Origin: Chromera velia
Lineage: Eukaryota
Assembly: GCA_018398765.1 (NCBI GenBank)
Contig: JAHBMJ010000047.1
Span: 1 to 58,487, forward strand
Reading direction: 5' to 3'
Length of the DNA: 58,487 bases
The notes below the pieces were generated by a model. That model saw only the letters and a list, made by a program, of their open reading frames with translations. It was not told the origin of the DNA and did no database searches. Positions 1 to 14,199 of the stretch are shown here, one piece after another. Made by a program: the position numbers and the translations under genes. How positions within the stretch are numbered: position 1 is the stretch's first letter; each line of letters begins with the position of its first letter.

Positions 1-3
1 AAA

Positions 4-168
4 TGCATGCACGGGCGGCCCCGGAAGGCAGTGCAAAAGTGGGCAAAGTATGGGTGAATCTGGTATATATGCATGCATGCATGCATGCATGCAGTCGCGT
101 TCACGCGCGCGCGGCTATAGCTACCGGTTGTCCATGCATGCAGTATAATTGTAGCTACACTATGCATG
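4..168. promoter_or_regulatory. Cluster of TGCATGCA palindromic motifs including a (TGCA)n run
   Basis: TGCATGCA at 4-11, (ATGC)n at ~69-92, further CATGCATG/TGCATG at ~133-168. TGCATGCA is an established ApiAP2-bound element in apicomplexans; function here is inferred. Confidence 0.4.
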
Positions 169-981
169 TTAAAATTTATTTCCCCCCCCCAAAAAATCGT
201 GTGATTCAAAAACTAAAACTCAAAAGAAACCATGTTATTCAACTTACAGTCGAGACCAACAGGAAAAAGCGGAAACTTCTGACAAACTAGTCTAGATACG
301 CCCCTCATATATGGGGACGCGGCTTGCATAACAAAACCCTCAATCATCACATACAACCGGGAGTTTCGAATCTTAGAAATCTGGCTTATATGGTTATCAA
401 ACTACATCACTGCGCAACTTTTGAACGAGGTAAACCTTCTAGGAAGGAAGAAAAAATGTCTAAAAAAATCAGGTATCCATATGGAAAATGTGCATATATT
501 TTTTATAACAGATTAAAAAATGTTGCTTAACTCACCCTACTTGTGCGAAGCTTTTTTTGTTTTCATTCCAGGTTTATCTATGTTAGATACTGAAAGATTT
601 ACTAGAAAAAAAATCAGCTTCTAGTGTGGTCTATTTCTTAAAGTATGACAAATCTAGTATTTGAAAGCATTACTGGACAACCAGTATTTGAGGATATATG
701 ATTTAATTATCATATAAATTTAATTCAGTTTCGATAACTTGTAATCCTATTCTAGATCCCTTTTTTTTATTCTGCTGTTTTTATCATGATTATTTTCTCT
801 TTTCTCAGAAAATATCACTGGCATTCTTGCATGCTGTGACATTGCATCTTCTCACGCAGTCAGTCAATAGTAGAATTGGCTAGTCACGAAGACTGACGAT
901 GCAAGTAATTGAGTCACCGACATATTCAGTAAAGGCAAGATTCGCGGCGGGCGCCTCACAGAAGCTAGTTCTCAACGAACT

Positions 982-3900
982 TCAATGGGAACTTCCTCTT
1001 GCCGTCGGCAAAACCGTTTCAGCCTTGATTGCTAACGCGAATTTCTCTTCATCCCCGACAACTTCATCTGGGTCTTCCACAAGAAACTGCTTTAATTGCG
1101 GCAAACATCCTGGACGGAGAACGTCGATAAAAGCTGTCAAGCCCTTAATGCTGATCGTGTTTCCCTTCACTTTCAAGCATGTCAACTTCGGTGCCCCGTG
1201 GGCAGTGAAGACTTCACCCAGCCTCTTCAGCTTTCCGTCGTCAATTGCACATCCTGAGAGATCTAAGCGCCCTAAGGCAGCGAGCCTTCCCCCCCACACC
1301 CCAGACCCCTCCCCGCTGTTTGCCAAAAAAGCCAGTGCCTCCTCTTCTAGACGCCCCCCTCTCAAATTCAGAACCGACACAGACGAAGGCAGTCCTTTCT
1401 CGCTCTCGCCTATCGCTCTGATGAGTGTGTCAACACTGATCGCAGGACCGCCTTCACTCAGACAAAACCCGACTTTCTGCAAATGGGGAGGGAATTTTCC
1501 GACGCGCACGGCGTCTGCGAAGTCCCCCACTCCCTCTTCATCAAGACAGAATACAGATAACCAAATCGTTTGAAGAGAGGGAAGTCTACCGCGTCCAACC
1601 GCAGCTGCGAGGGGCCCCCCGACATGCGTTGCCCTCGTTTCTTTCAGGATCAAACTTTTCAACTGTGGAAGTCCCCACCGATTGTCTCTGATTGCCTGAA
1701 AGAACTCTCTCCACGCTGATTCTCTCACAAGTTCATGCGAACCCAAGTCAAGAACTCTCACTCCCATGAGACCACCTCCCCTCACAACATCTGCGAGTCC
1801 ACTTACCCCTTCGTCAGTCAGACTGGACTTTCTCAAGTCAAGATCGCAAAGTTTCGGAAATTTGCCTGCCAGGAAGGCCGAGCCTAGAGACCCAACCCCG
1901 CATCCCGCTCTCGTGTTACGAAAATTCAAAGTTTCGAGGGACGGGAGTCCCCTCTCATTTTCAAGAATTGCACGTACCAGAGCCTCCATTCCTTCTCTAC
2001 CAAAACAACCGGAAGCATCACTCGACTCACAACTCAAGTCAAGAACCCGCAACCCACAAAGACTCCCCACCCTCACTCCCTCTGCTCCTAGAATCATGTC
2101 TGCATCGCTGAGTTGAAGGTCCTGTATGGAAAGTTCAGAGAGGCCACAAACCTGTACTGCGCTGAGTGAGGAGAAGAATGCGTGTTTTGCCTCTTCAATA
2201 AAGACCCATTGCTCAGAGCTTCCCCCCAGCTGAATTTCGAAGTTCCACCCTCCTACGCACCATAGGGATGCTTGCACTTTCTTGAGAAAACCCAACCACC
2301 CCCTCCGTATACCCTCCCCGAGCAACCTCAAACATTCGCACAGTGCCTGTATCTGTGTCTCATCCCCAACCCACACCTCGGCGGTCATTCTGATATCGAC
2401 GTCCTCAAACGGCCCCCCCTCTACACCCTCATTTTTGGCCTGAGAATCTAGTACAGCTTTCAGAAATGTCACAAGTAGTGAAGGGGGAAGACCAAGACTA
2501 AGGGTACGGACAAAAGGAGACTGCCCACCCCCCAAAGCACAGAGAACGTCCTCTCTTGCATCATGGTTCAACGAAATGCTCACATTCTCAAGGGGAGGAC
2601 ACTGTTCGGATTTCAGAGAAGACAGAAAAAATGAGGCCATGTTTGTCCCACAGAATCCCCCCTCTGTGATCACATTCAAGTTCTTCAAATGTGGGAGTGA
2701 ATCTACACGTAAGGCTCTGACTAAGCAATCCAGCCCAGTGCTCTCCGGAAACTTAAGATTTCCCTCCAGATTGAGGGACTCCAAATTTGGAACATCACCC
2801 CTGCCTAGTACAGCACAAAGTTGCTGCACATGTGAGTCACCAAGCCTGCACCCTCTCAAGAACAACACTCGGAGACATGGAAGAGATGAAACAGACAGAA
2901 CGGAACACACCGCCTCAATCTCCCCTTCCTCCCATGAACCGTCGGACCGAATATCCAAGGGTCTCACAGGATTTCCTGAAAGGTTCAGCTCCTCCACTTT
3001 CAGTCCCGTCTCCTTGATGGCTTGGCAGAGAACCATCAGCCCTTCCTTCTCAAATCCCGTCTCCTCGAGGTCCAGCACCTTCAGGGACCCTGCCTTCCCT
3101 TCTCTCATTCCCTCTGCCAATGCCCGGAACCCTTCAATGCCAAGGATGTTGCCTGATCGAAGACGAAGGAAGGAAATGTGAAAACATAAAGAGAGAAAGA
3201 AAAGAAGGCAAAAAATGAGAAAGGCAATTTGGAAGGAATGCAGGAAGAAAAGGAACAACCGAAGGCATGTCTCTGTTGATAAAAGTCACACGATGCACAT
3301 TCAGTCAGAGAAAATTCTGCTTAAAGTTCTTTTGACGCAAGCGAAACAAGGGATCACACATTCAACATACTAGAAGGCCTTGCCCAGGGACTAGATGACA
3401 GGTTCTGGGCCCACGAAATAATTGAGTAAGCAAAAAAAGAAAAAGGAAAGCGGAACCCTCCCAGGAATGCAACAGAACAAAAAAGAGGCACGTAGAAGAA
3501 CATATAAGAAAAGAGAAGCAAAAAATATAAAAGACAGACCCTTCAAAGAGAGCTTTTCCAGAGACGGCAGGAGTACAGGAAGGAGGATGGGTGCTTCTTC
3601 CGGCCCGATAGAATTCTCTGAGGACACACAGACAAGGAGGTCCAGAGAGTCGGAAGGTCATTTGGCCGACCATGGATGGGAAGAGAAGAAAGGAAAGAGA
3701 GGAAGTAGGAATATGGAATCGGTGCAACCATGCACTCTGATGATCTTCAGAAGAAATTGACCAGAGAAGACGCTTCCGGTCGTTCGAACACAACAAGCCC
3801 AAAAACGAAGTACGGAAATGCAGAGGCAAGCACACAACAAACAGAAAAATGTGATACGGAAATACAGAGGAAAGCACACAACAAACAGAAAAACGAAATA

Positions 3901-5111
3901 CGGAAATACAGAGGCAAGCACACAACAGACAGAAAAACGAAATATGGAAATACAGAGGCAAGCAAAATCCTCTCAGCCTCGTATCCTTCCTGACTCTGTC
4001 TCCCCGCGTAAATTTTGTCTTCTGCCCACCAAGGACGTCTCTCTGCCTTAGCTTTTTCTGTCGGCCAATCAACCTTCAACGTTGCGCAGAGACCAGCTTT
4101 CGATTCTTTCTTACAAAAGGATTCTCTCTCTCATGCACGCCTCCAGCTCTTCACCTGCAAAGATAAATTCAATCGCTTCCGTCTCCCGGACTCTCGAGCA
4201 GCCTCCTCCTTTTCCAGAAAGCGAACGAAGAGAGGAATCGCTGCCCGAGGACCTGCAAAGAAGAAATGGAGAGGCATAAAGAGAGAGGGCGGGGGGGAAA
4301 AAGAAAGGGGATTATCAGAATCATTCCCGGTTTTTTTTCTAGACACAGAACGAAATCCCACCATGTCCTGGACAGAACACGGAAGAGCAGAGATCTCATG
4401 CAGATGCGCTGCCGACAATAAAAAGGGAAACAACGCCCCTCGTTCCATTCGACAGATAAAGGGGTTCTCGCTAGCTCTTCCTCCCTTATATTCTCAGCTA
4501 TCTCCCTCGAGTCTCTTTGTTTCTTTTCCTTTTCTTGCTTGCACAATGTCCACTTCCTATGCTCAGCTATTCCTGTCGCTTCTCTTTGTCTCGTTTCCTT
4601 TTCTTGCATGAACGATGCCCACTTTCTTGTCAGGAAAGTACAAGGACGGGTAGGGGGGGAGAGCAGGAGACAAGTAGCGGCCACAGGAATGAAACGAAAA
4701 CTTATCTTTCATACGTCCAAGCAAAGTAGACGACACACAGATACACTTGCAGACCGAAAGGAACCGAAAGACAGGAAGAAAAACAGGAAAGGGCGCAGCA
4801 GTGTAGAGAGAAGGGAAAGAAGCAAAAACGGAAACGCAGGACTCACCGAGCTTAACCTCCTCAACAGAATCGGGAAGCCAATCCAAAAAGAAAATGACCT
4901 TCTTGGCGGAGAGCCCGATAGTCTCTGCAGGAACAGAAGCAAGGAGATCAAGCAGAATTATTTCCGCAACGAAACTTTTTCCGGAATAGATGTTGACAAA
5001 AACCAACTCGCTGTCATGCACAGACAGATAGCACGAAGATGGCCGATGCGCCAAATGTGGCAAAATTTCAGCAAAAGACTCAGAAGAAAATTCAGAAAAC
5101 GATCGAATCAA
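982..5111 (-). CDS. Leucine-rich repeat protein (RNI-like LRRs), multi-exon; 5' end uncertain, may extend to ~6300
   Basis: Terminal exon 3152-982 has many LxxLxLxxN/C/T repeats (LKVLDLEET, LESLNLEGN, LCDLDLRKS, LGRLDLSGC). GT-AG intron 3539-3153 joins LPSLEKLSLKG to NILGIEG in frame. Coding-like upstream pieces at ~4150-4255 (GPRAAIPLFVRFLEKE) and ~4845-5110 (KKVIFFLDWLPDSVEEVKLG). Confidence 0.85.
3801..3964. repeat. ~44-bp tandem minisatellite, 3-4 copies
   Basis: Unit approximately ACAGAAAAACGAAATACGGAAATACAGAGGCAAGCACACAACA with few substitutions, inside the LRR gene region. Confidence 0.85.
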
Positions 5112-7398
5112 GCGAAAGCAGGACTGATCAGAACGTCCTGCATGAATATGTGCATTGAGAGTATGACCGTCCGACCTGAAAGATCGATGGCTTGCGGGGG
5201 GTCAACAGAGGTTTTCCAACTGGCCTTGTTCTGCAAAGAAAGAAACACAGAGAGAGGCTGGGCCAGAATCAGGACGAGGAATTCTTTCCGTCTCTCTCCG
5301 TCCCCAAATGAATTGAGAGTCGCGGAGAAAACACCGAAGACAGCAGACAGTTAGACGCCCAGCCATACAGATAAGCCAGCATATCATGATTGGCCTCGGT
5401 TTGGCAACCCAAGGGAAACTAGACAGAGAACGGACACGCCGTCATGAGAATGATCAGAGGCCCAAAACAAAGTCTCAGAGGAGGAAATGGAAGGCACCGA
5501 CAGACAGCAAGAAGCAGCAAAAGAAGAAACACACAGGCACAAAGCCTGCATGGGGGTGAAGGGACCTGCTGACGAGGGAAATGAGACAGAGGGGGGCGGG
5601 GGGGGAAGAGCTGAAGGAGGAAAGCCCGCCATTGCGGCCTTCTGCATTTATTTGAACCGAGCACCTGCATGTCCGCAGGTTGCCACCGAGCAGAACGACA
5701 CAGGTCGACACATTGATTGATTGACTGACCTCCATGTAGAGACGGCAACAGAGCCATGCCAATCCAAAAGAGTCCCTATGTCTTGCCAAGGCAGACAGAG
5801 TCTGCAGGCAGTATGTCGGGGGTTGAAGAGGAGACACAGAACGGCACAAGGAGAGTTCGTGGAGACTATGCCATGAGCATATGAGTTCCTTTCAAGCGCT
5901 CTCAAGTGAGCGGGTTGTTTCCACAAGAAAGCATGCCATGCAAACGAGCCCTCAAGCGGAAGTATGCAATCACGCTCACCTCAGCAGAGAGCCCCGATCG
6001 CTTCAGGATGACGAAGAGGCTGCTTTCTTCTGCAGTCTGCTTTCTCTCCGTCTCCTTTTCTTGGGCGCCTCCGCCGTCTATCTCACAATCCTGGCCCTGC
6101 CCCCCACCGAGATGTTCTTGTCTTGTTCCGCTCATCCTGCAGAAGCGCTGAATTCGTATTCTCCACCCGCAGTCACTCAAGACGACCAGAACAGGGAGAA
6201 GAAAACAGGAGCCTTCAAAAAACTCGATCAGAGCGCATGCACAAGTGCGAACGAAAGCGGCGACAAACTCAATGGATGAGGTCTCATGCAGTTTGAACCA
6301 ATGTCCAAGCAAGCACCATTCACCTGCTTAGCTGCTGCCCTCCATCCCTCTAGATTGATCATGATTGATTAGTCAGCATCAGTCAACTCGATCCAAGTCG
6401 ATCGACACGAAAATGCGTCTCTCTACATGTCTCTACTGCGTGCATGCGTCTCCTTGATTGCCCTCCATATCCGCGCGACTCCTATCTCCCATGCCCTATA
6501 GCTTGGTCCCGGAAAGTCGATCCCGGAAAGCGCAGAATTTTCGGTCGCAAAAAAAAAAAAAATCAAATGTCAATTAAGTAAAACAACTGGCCATAAAGTA
6601 AAACTATAGTTTTAAAAAAAATGACAAGACGTATAGTAGCAGGAGAAGTGAAAGCGAGTCTGCAGATGGAAGCGCTTAAAGCAGGGTCAGGCCCGGTCAG
6701 CATGTATCAAGAGAGCGAGAGGGAGACCAGGGACTGTGAAGACCGGGGTCAGGTCATTCATTACAGCTGGCAGTATAGGCCATATGGCCAACGCTGGCCG
6801 CCGTGTAGATAAGTAAACGCTTCGGAGCTACAGAGAAAGCAAATAAGCGCAAGCAGTTACTTAATTCAGAAAACTGGTTAATTTAAGACTAATATAAAAA
6901 TATGTATACAATGTAAAATTAAAAAAGATTAGTTACTTCGAAAGTAAGAAAAACGATATACATCATATTTCTAGCTACAATATTCACTAATGAACTTTCA
7001 GATATGTTACCCCTCCTAGCTAGCTACAGTACTTCAAACTTAGATATGAAGCTGTAGAAAATAACTGATAAATCTAGAAAAATAAAGTTCGAAACTCTAC
7101 ACACAATTATCATCAGTAATTTCTTCTACCGAAAATGCAGCTAGAAGTCAAGCTTCAATACAAAAGCCCAGGTCACAGTTCATACACAGATCGAACACTC
7201 GCTTCAATCCACAAGCGGAGAGCGTTTTGGAAAAAACATTTGTGTAATGTCAGAGCGAATGCACCAATAGATGCATACTTTCACGGAAAACTAAACCAAA
7301 GAAGCAGTGTATTATTGGCCACACACGGCAAAAAATGAAGGACAAACAGCCGCATGCGAAATTCAATGCCACACGCGGTACGTACATACGTCGGCTTG

Positions 7399-7650
7399 CT
7401 AGCTCGGCCTCAACCTGGAGGCAAGGGACGAGGGAAGTTCCGGGTTCGCGACCTTTCTCATCTTGTACACGACAAAGGAGGCCTCACGGACGTCCCAGTC
7501 TATGGCAGGCATCGGCAAAAAATCTGCAGGGAAAACGATAACACACCGTCCGCCGTCTTATCTTCTCTCTACCCCTAACTCTACTCTCTGCCTCTCTCTC
7601 TCTCTCTCTCTAGCTCTCTCACGCACGCACGCGCGCGCGCGCACACACAC

Positions 7651-7706
<56 letters not shown>

Positions 7707-8457
7707 TATATGTTTCTTCTTCTCCCTTCTTTTCTTCATGAACACAGACAGACAGACAGACAGACAGACAGATGCAGAGCGTACGTGCACTCTGTGTCCT
7801 CTTGCGTGCCCGCATTTGTTGATGAAGATGAAGAGGAGAGGGGAGAAAAGAAGGCAGGAAGGAAGGGAGGGAGGAAGCAGACTGACTGTCAACGATCTCT
7901 GTGATCTCCTTCAGTGCCTGCTCTGTCTGGTACCACTCCTTCTGGAATGCGACCTGGTCCTCTGCATCAATCAATCAATCAACCAATCAACCAACCAATC
8001 AATCAATCAATCGATCAATCAATCAATTAATCAACAAATTAATTGATCAATCAATCAAATCAATCAATCAATCAATCAATCAATTGATCCATCAGAAAAA
8101 TGAGGAAACGAATCTAAGACAAAAAAAAATCTCAACACTTCGTTTTGGAGGAGCATTTCGAAAGGTCGGCCACAAATGCTGTCCTACTCAAGGAAAGACC
8201 AATGGAGACTTCGCAGGCCGACAGGCAGGCTCGGCATGTCGATCGGCAAGCAGACTCTGGAGAGAGCTCTGGGGAGAAACTTCGATCAGAGCCACGATAG
8301 CAGAGACAGCAGAAAAGCAAATTTACGCGTTGCAAAAAAAAACATATCTCCACCATTCATGACAAGAGGAGGCATCCCCCCCGCTGATCGACCTTTTTCG
8401 TATTTATGAAGGAGCGGCAACTCATCCATCAACTGATCGTGAATCTGCAGACCGGTG

Positions 8458-8501
<44 letters not shown>

Positions 8502-10957
8502 CAGAGAGAAAACAGAGAGGCCATTGAAGCATTAAGGAGAAAGTCACATCGCTTCTGGTGGTCTCATTGGTTTTCTGAGGCTTTCAGTACACCCGCCTCA
8601 GTCCGTTTCTTGTCCGCCAAAAGCACCAAGAACGATTTCACCACAGGACCAAAGGATGCATAAGAGGAGAGGAAGAGAAAATGAAGCCTATGGACTCATC
8701 ATGCTAGCGTTTCTGTCCCGCTACTTCTCACACATTCAGGAGAAAGAGGAAGGGAGAAAAACGTGTTTGAAGCAGCAACAGTCACTGCAGCTACCCAGCC
8801 AGACCTTTCTGATCTCCCCGAACTGCGACTCCACAATCTCGAGCGCTCCCGGGTCCCTCTGAACGAACAAATACAAAAAATAATTCAACGAGGGGGGCAA
8901 GAAAGGAATCAACAAAGAAAGAAAAGAAAACAACAAGGGAAGCGAAGCAAGAAAGGATGAGTTACCCATCCGGACTAGGCAGGAGAAACAAAGGAAGAAG
9001 CCGCTGGTTGTGATACTGCTGGAGAAAACCGGAGCCCTTGGCCTCACTCCCCCCTTCTCCTTTTTCCTTCAAAACAATCAGGGATGCATGCAGAGAAAAA
9101 AGGAAAACCCGAAGCTCAAGTACAGGGCCAGCTGGAACAGGTTAAGGAAGACACACAGTTGGTTGACAGTCAACGGCTGCTGTGAGAAGTCGCAGAATGC
9201 GAGGAAGTAAGAAGGAAGCTTGAGAGAAAAAAGTAAGAGAATGGCTTCCTCTTTCTCCCCTCAACTACTGACGTCTCCAATTTTTCTTCGCACGTGCTCC
9301 CATTTCTCCTTCACTTCCTCCACTGCAAAGATGTGAGGAGTCGTCTTGAGGAGAAAAACTACATACATGAAAATTGAAAACAGTGAAAGAAAATCAGCAG
9401 GGAGACGTGAGATACACAAGAACGAATCCCGACAGGAAGGCTGGTCTGATACTCTCCGAACGGAAGAAGAAAGCAGCACGAATTCTGAAGGAAATCTCAC
9501 ATGAAGCCGGCAAGATTGGATCGCAGCAATTTCACATGCAAAGAAAGCGAGAGCCACAGCTCTGAATACGAAGACTTTCGGCTTCTCAGTCACACCTTCC
9601 TCTCGCAACTGACTGATGCTATACGTCTTCTTCTTTACTGCAGCATAACAACAGGTGATGAACAGGAGACAGGAAGTAGAAAACATGAGCCCGGAGATGT
9701 GTGTATTTAGAGCATCCGAACACAGCTGTCAGCCAGGCTTTCGTTCAACTGGACCCCCGGTGTCAGTCAAAGAGGTAGTAAGACGGGTGCAGAGGAAGCT
9801 AGCAGAAAAGGCACCCGACAGGAAAAATGCTTCCGCCGTTCCCACAAGAAAGGCCACCGAACGCCCGTGTTAAAACAAAGACAAGCAGACAGAAAGTCTG
9901 AGAAACGTAGAAAGAAACAGGCAGACAGACAAACAGAGAGCACGATAGCCCGAAGAGAGCAAAGGAAGCCGAGACTGACTGACTGACTGACTGACTGACT
10001 GACTGACGTATGATGCCCTCTTCTTTGGAGATCGGGACGACCTCAAGAGACCAGTCGAGGAAGTCCCCCCGTCTCCCTGCGTCTGTTACGGGCTGCACAC
10101 ATACATACATACATACATACAGACATACATACATACATACATACAGACAGACAGACGTCAACATATGCATTCACAGTACAGAAGCAGGTACAGAGAGAAA
10201 AAAAACTAATGCTTACGAAAAGAGACGGAAAATTCAAAGATGACAGGGTCAGTATTACACTACTGATCTCATTCTGGGACACCAGAGAGAAAGTACGACA
10301 AGCTCGTCAGACTTGTTGCATGTGCGAATGAGCGATAGAGGAAAATAAATGAGAGAGGTAAGCAGACAGGCTCATGCGTGGACGGCACTCCGCTCAACGC
10401 TAAGTAGTCAGTCAAGACACTCACCCCCTTTTTGTGAATCACTCCAAGGCACTCACCTCAATATTCCCCAATTTCAGGTCGATGTTGTTCGCTCTCAATG
10501 TCGCCAGTCGTTGCGATGGACGTCCGTGGGAGATGCAGAAGAAGGAGCCTCCTGTTCGGAAGGAAGCATTGGAAACAAAACAGGAAAAACGATGCAAAGA
10601 AGAGGCGGAACGGGTGAAGAAAGAGAGAAAAGACTGCTGCTCTGCTTGGCAGCAGCAGCATCTCGCGGTGTCTCTTCACAGATATTTAACGGCAATGAGA
10701 CCCTCTGAGCATGCGCCCCTCAATTCACCCGCATTCTCCCTTTTGTCGCTTCTTCTGTGTGTCTTTCTCTTTTTTCGCAAAATCAATCAAATTTGGTCCG
10801 AGCCGTAAGCTAGCTGGCCATGACTCAAAAAAAAAAAAAAGAGAAATCATGGAAGGAAGAACAAAAGCGCACTCACCAGGTTTCAGTACCCGAAAGACTT
10901 CGTTGGCGATTTTCTCGGCGTCCTCTGCGGCTGTGGGGGCGCCGCTTCCCTGCAGGA

Positions 10958-10996
<39 letters not shown>

Positions 10997-11849
10997 AGAG
11001 AGACGCAGACAGAAGAGTCAACGAGAGGGGAAGAGGGAAAGAGAGATTGGAAGCAAAGAAGGTACGTAGGAACGCAACTGATCACGGGCAAGTATCAAGA
11101 AGAAAGAGAGCTGAAGACAGAGAGGTATGAAAAGACAAAGAGATAGAGAGAGAAACAATGAAAAGCATACACAATTTTCGGGAGAAAATTCCGGCTGGTC
11201 TGCGTCTAGATAGTGTGTTGGCCCCTTTCCCGACTACCCCCTTCCTCTTACTTACCAGAACAGAATCCAACAGGCCCTTATCGATGACGAAGTCAAAAGA
11301 TTCTGACGACACCTTGTCGCCCATGTACCGAGCGTCGGCCTTGCGGACTGCAGGAAGGAACAGGCGAACACAGGAAGGGATAATTCATGGAAGAAAAGTA
11401 AGCATGCTTGAAGGTACCATGGAAACAAAAATGCAGATTGATTTCCACCGGATGAAAACAAGGACATACGCACATCACATGAGGAAGACTGAAAAAACAA
11501 GCGCAAGCATAAAACAAAACAGAACAAAAGACACAACTAACACACTCCACTGAAGGTCTCTTTCCCTCATCCATCGACTCACACTGAAGTTCCCCCATTC
11601 CCCTATCCATCGCATGTTCCCTCAAATTCGCAACCGCAGACCCGGCCCAGTCGACACTCGTCACATCCCTCAGGCCATCGTCGTACATCTCGAAGGGGAG
11701 CCCTGCACTCAATTACGTGGACACACAAAAGGGCAGGGACGAGCTGTGTCAAGATTCCTGAAGACAAACAATGGGAGACAGAGCAAAAAGCAGAGCACAG
11801 TCGACCCGTACCTCTCAAGGGCTTTCTCTCTGTCTCTTTACACACATAC

Positions 11850-11886
<37 letters not shown>

Positions 11887-11956
11887 CACACAGAGAGTCA
11901 CACACGCGCTCACACCCCACCCCACCCCACCCCACCCCACCCCGCCCCCCCTTCCC

Positions 11957-11987
<31 letters not shown>

Positions 11988-14138
11988 GAGTTCCGGAGAA
12001 AAAGGAAGAGCGGCAGAAGAATAAAGGGTAAAGGGAGAACATGAAACGAATGTCTGAGAGACTGACTTGAGGTACCAGACCCCAGGTTGAGGATGCGGTC
12101 GGACGAACTGATTTGAGATTGGAGGAAGGGCTGCAGGGAGGGGGGAAGGAGGGGGATTCAGATGGAGGAACGCAGAAATCAAAAACACATTCTGCGTCTC
12201 TCTTCAAATCCTAGTCAACCGAAGTCAAAATAAATTCTTAAGCAGATACATTCAAGCTGCCTTTCTTCCTTCCTTTCTTGCGAGAGAGAAAGACTTGGTT
12301 CCCCACCGCTTGGCTCCGCATGCCCACCTTGAAGAAGGACCAGGGAGCGTACCAGTCCACAAGAGAGTCATCACTGCAGAAAGAACGACACACAGAAACA
12401 AAGCAGTGCTTCATGACGAAAGCTTCGTTTTGTCCACCCGCTTGACTGTACATCAACAACCCCTTCACTCATGCGTACTCGCATCAGTCGGTATTGATTG
12501 ATTGATTGATTGATTGAAGTCAGCCGGACACTAAAAACCAAGCCCCTGCCCCCCTATCCATCAACTGACTGACAGACTAACACCTTGAATCTGTCTTCCC
12601 AGTAGCGCTTGTTCATGGGCTGTTGCTGTCCGACGGCTTTGTTGAAAAACTCCGCCGCCTCTCCTTCCTGCAAATAGAGGGGGCAGAGGGAAGGGGGACA
12701 CTTCCTTTCTGTCTTTCAGTTAAATGCTATAAGCGAAAGAGTCAGCAACCCACGAAAGCACACGACCACAAAGAGCAATCAGAGAGAGGGTCCTCTGGCA
12801 AGGCGAAAAGGAACCAAGCACGAGAAGAGAAAAAAGAATAGAAACGCCGGCATCAGCAGGAAGTTGGGGAATTTGTCGTACACAACGGAAACCTGTCATC
12901 CGCCTGAAAAAGTGGATCGCAACAGCGCATACAGCAAGATCGCGTACAAAGCACGCACACACAACTGAAGACAGGTTGCATGCAAAAGAAACCACCTCGA
13001 AAGATAATCCACAGGCAGACTGACTGACAGCGTATCTGGACCCATCATGTCCAACGAGGGCTCTGTTTCTGTTCTCCATTTCCAGAATCACGTTTTGGCC
13101 CTTCAGGAGAGTCTGCTTCTCCTCTGCCGTCAAGGCCGTCTCCTGACTCCCCGTCCTCTTTTTGTTCATTGCCTCCACAGCTTTCACCATGCCTCGCAAC
13201 TCCGTACTTGACAACCCCTTCAAGCTGGCCATCGGATCCTCGAGCCCTCCAGTCCCTTCTGTCATCTTTCGCATCATCTCAGCAACTCCAAACCTTCCCC
13301 CGGTAGAAGAGGAAGACTCTTCGTCGGTGCGTTGGGGTGCAAGGGGAGACGACAGACTACTCTCCATGGCATTCAGGAATCCTGCAGGCTTCTCTCGAAG
13401 ATACGTGACGTCGGTCTTTCGAATCAAACCGCGATTCACGAGAATATCTCCGATTCTGTCTGCATTCCTCGAAGGATCGTCAAAGAGGGCCAACTCAGGC
13501 TGAGAGAGGCCCGCCTGGGCGAAGAGCGACTTCAAGGCCGTGGGGTTCTTCAATTGTTTTTCGGATTCTACGGCATCCTGCTCAGCTCTCTTTTTCTCAA
13601 TTAATTCTTGAATTTTCTCATTCGCTTTTTCATATTTCTCCATCTCCTCTGCAAGAATTTTCTGCTTCTCCTCCCTCTCCTCTGGCGTCTCTGTTCGACT
13701 ACTCGGAAGCGCCTCTCCGTGAATAGATTCTACAATCGCTCTAGTGAGGAGACTTGCGCGTCTCTTCTTCTCCTCCTCCTCTGCCTCTCTCTTCTTGTGG
13801 TTCTCAATAATTCTCCTAATGATCTCATCTTTGTTGTTCTCAAAATCCTCGAACAAAGCCTTCTCCTCTTCACTCAACTCATCCTTCTCATCCTCACTCT
13901 CATCTGCAGAGTCCGTATCCGTCTCCTCCTGCTTAGAGGGGGAAGGGAGAGCCTCCCTCTCTACAGCAGCATCCAAGTAGGACTCCAGCATGTCCCTTGT
14001 GCCCCCTTTTTCCCTTTGGGTCGTCTCGGAAGACGACTGCTGAACGCCGACGTTGTACAGACGCTCCATTTCTGGAATGACACACACACACATACACACA
14101 CACGCGCACCCACACACACATACACACACACGCGCACC

Positions 14139-14199
<61 letters not shown>

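Noticed and set aside
324..620. Faint resemblance to a hAT dimerisation motif (LVRSF..IPG.S...ERF)
   Set aside because: Needs a frameshift and is too degenerate to support without a search.
899..3181. Plus-strand ORFs overlapping the LRR gene, and similar antisense ORFs over other exons
   Set aside because: Antisense shadows of real coding exons with no domain features.
3801..3964. Possible CRISPR-like array
   Set aside because: Head-to-tail repeats with no unique spacers, in a eukaryotic gene region, and no cas genes.
12438..12445. 8-nt micro-exon to fix phase in the methyltransferase
   Set aside because: A donor shifted by 2 nt (GTTAGT at 12581) gives YWEDRFKVDDSLVDWY more parsimoniously.
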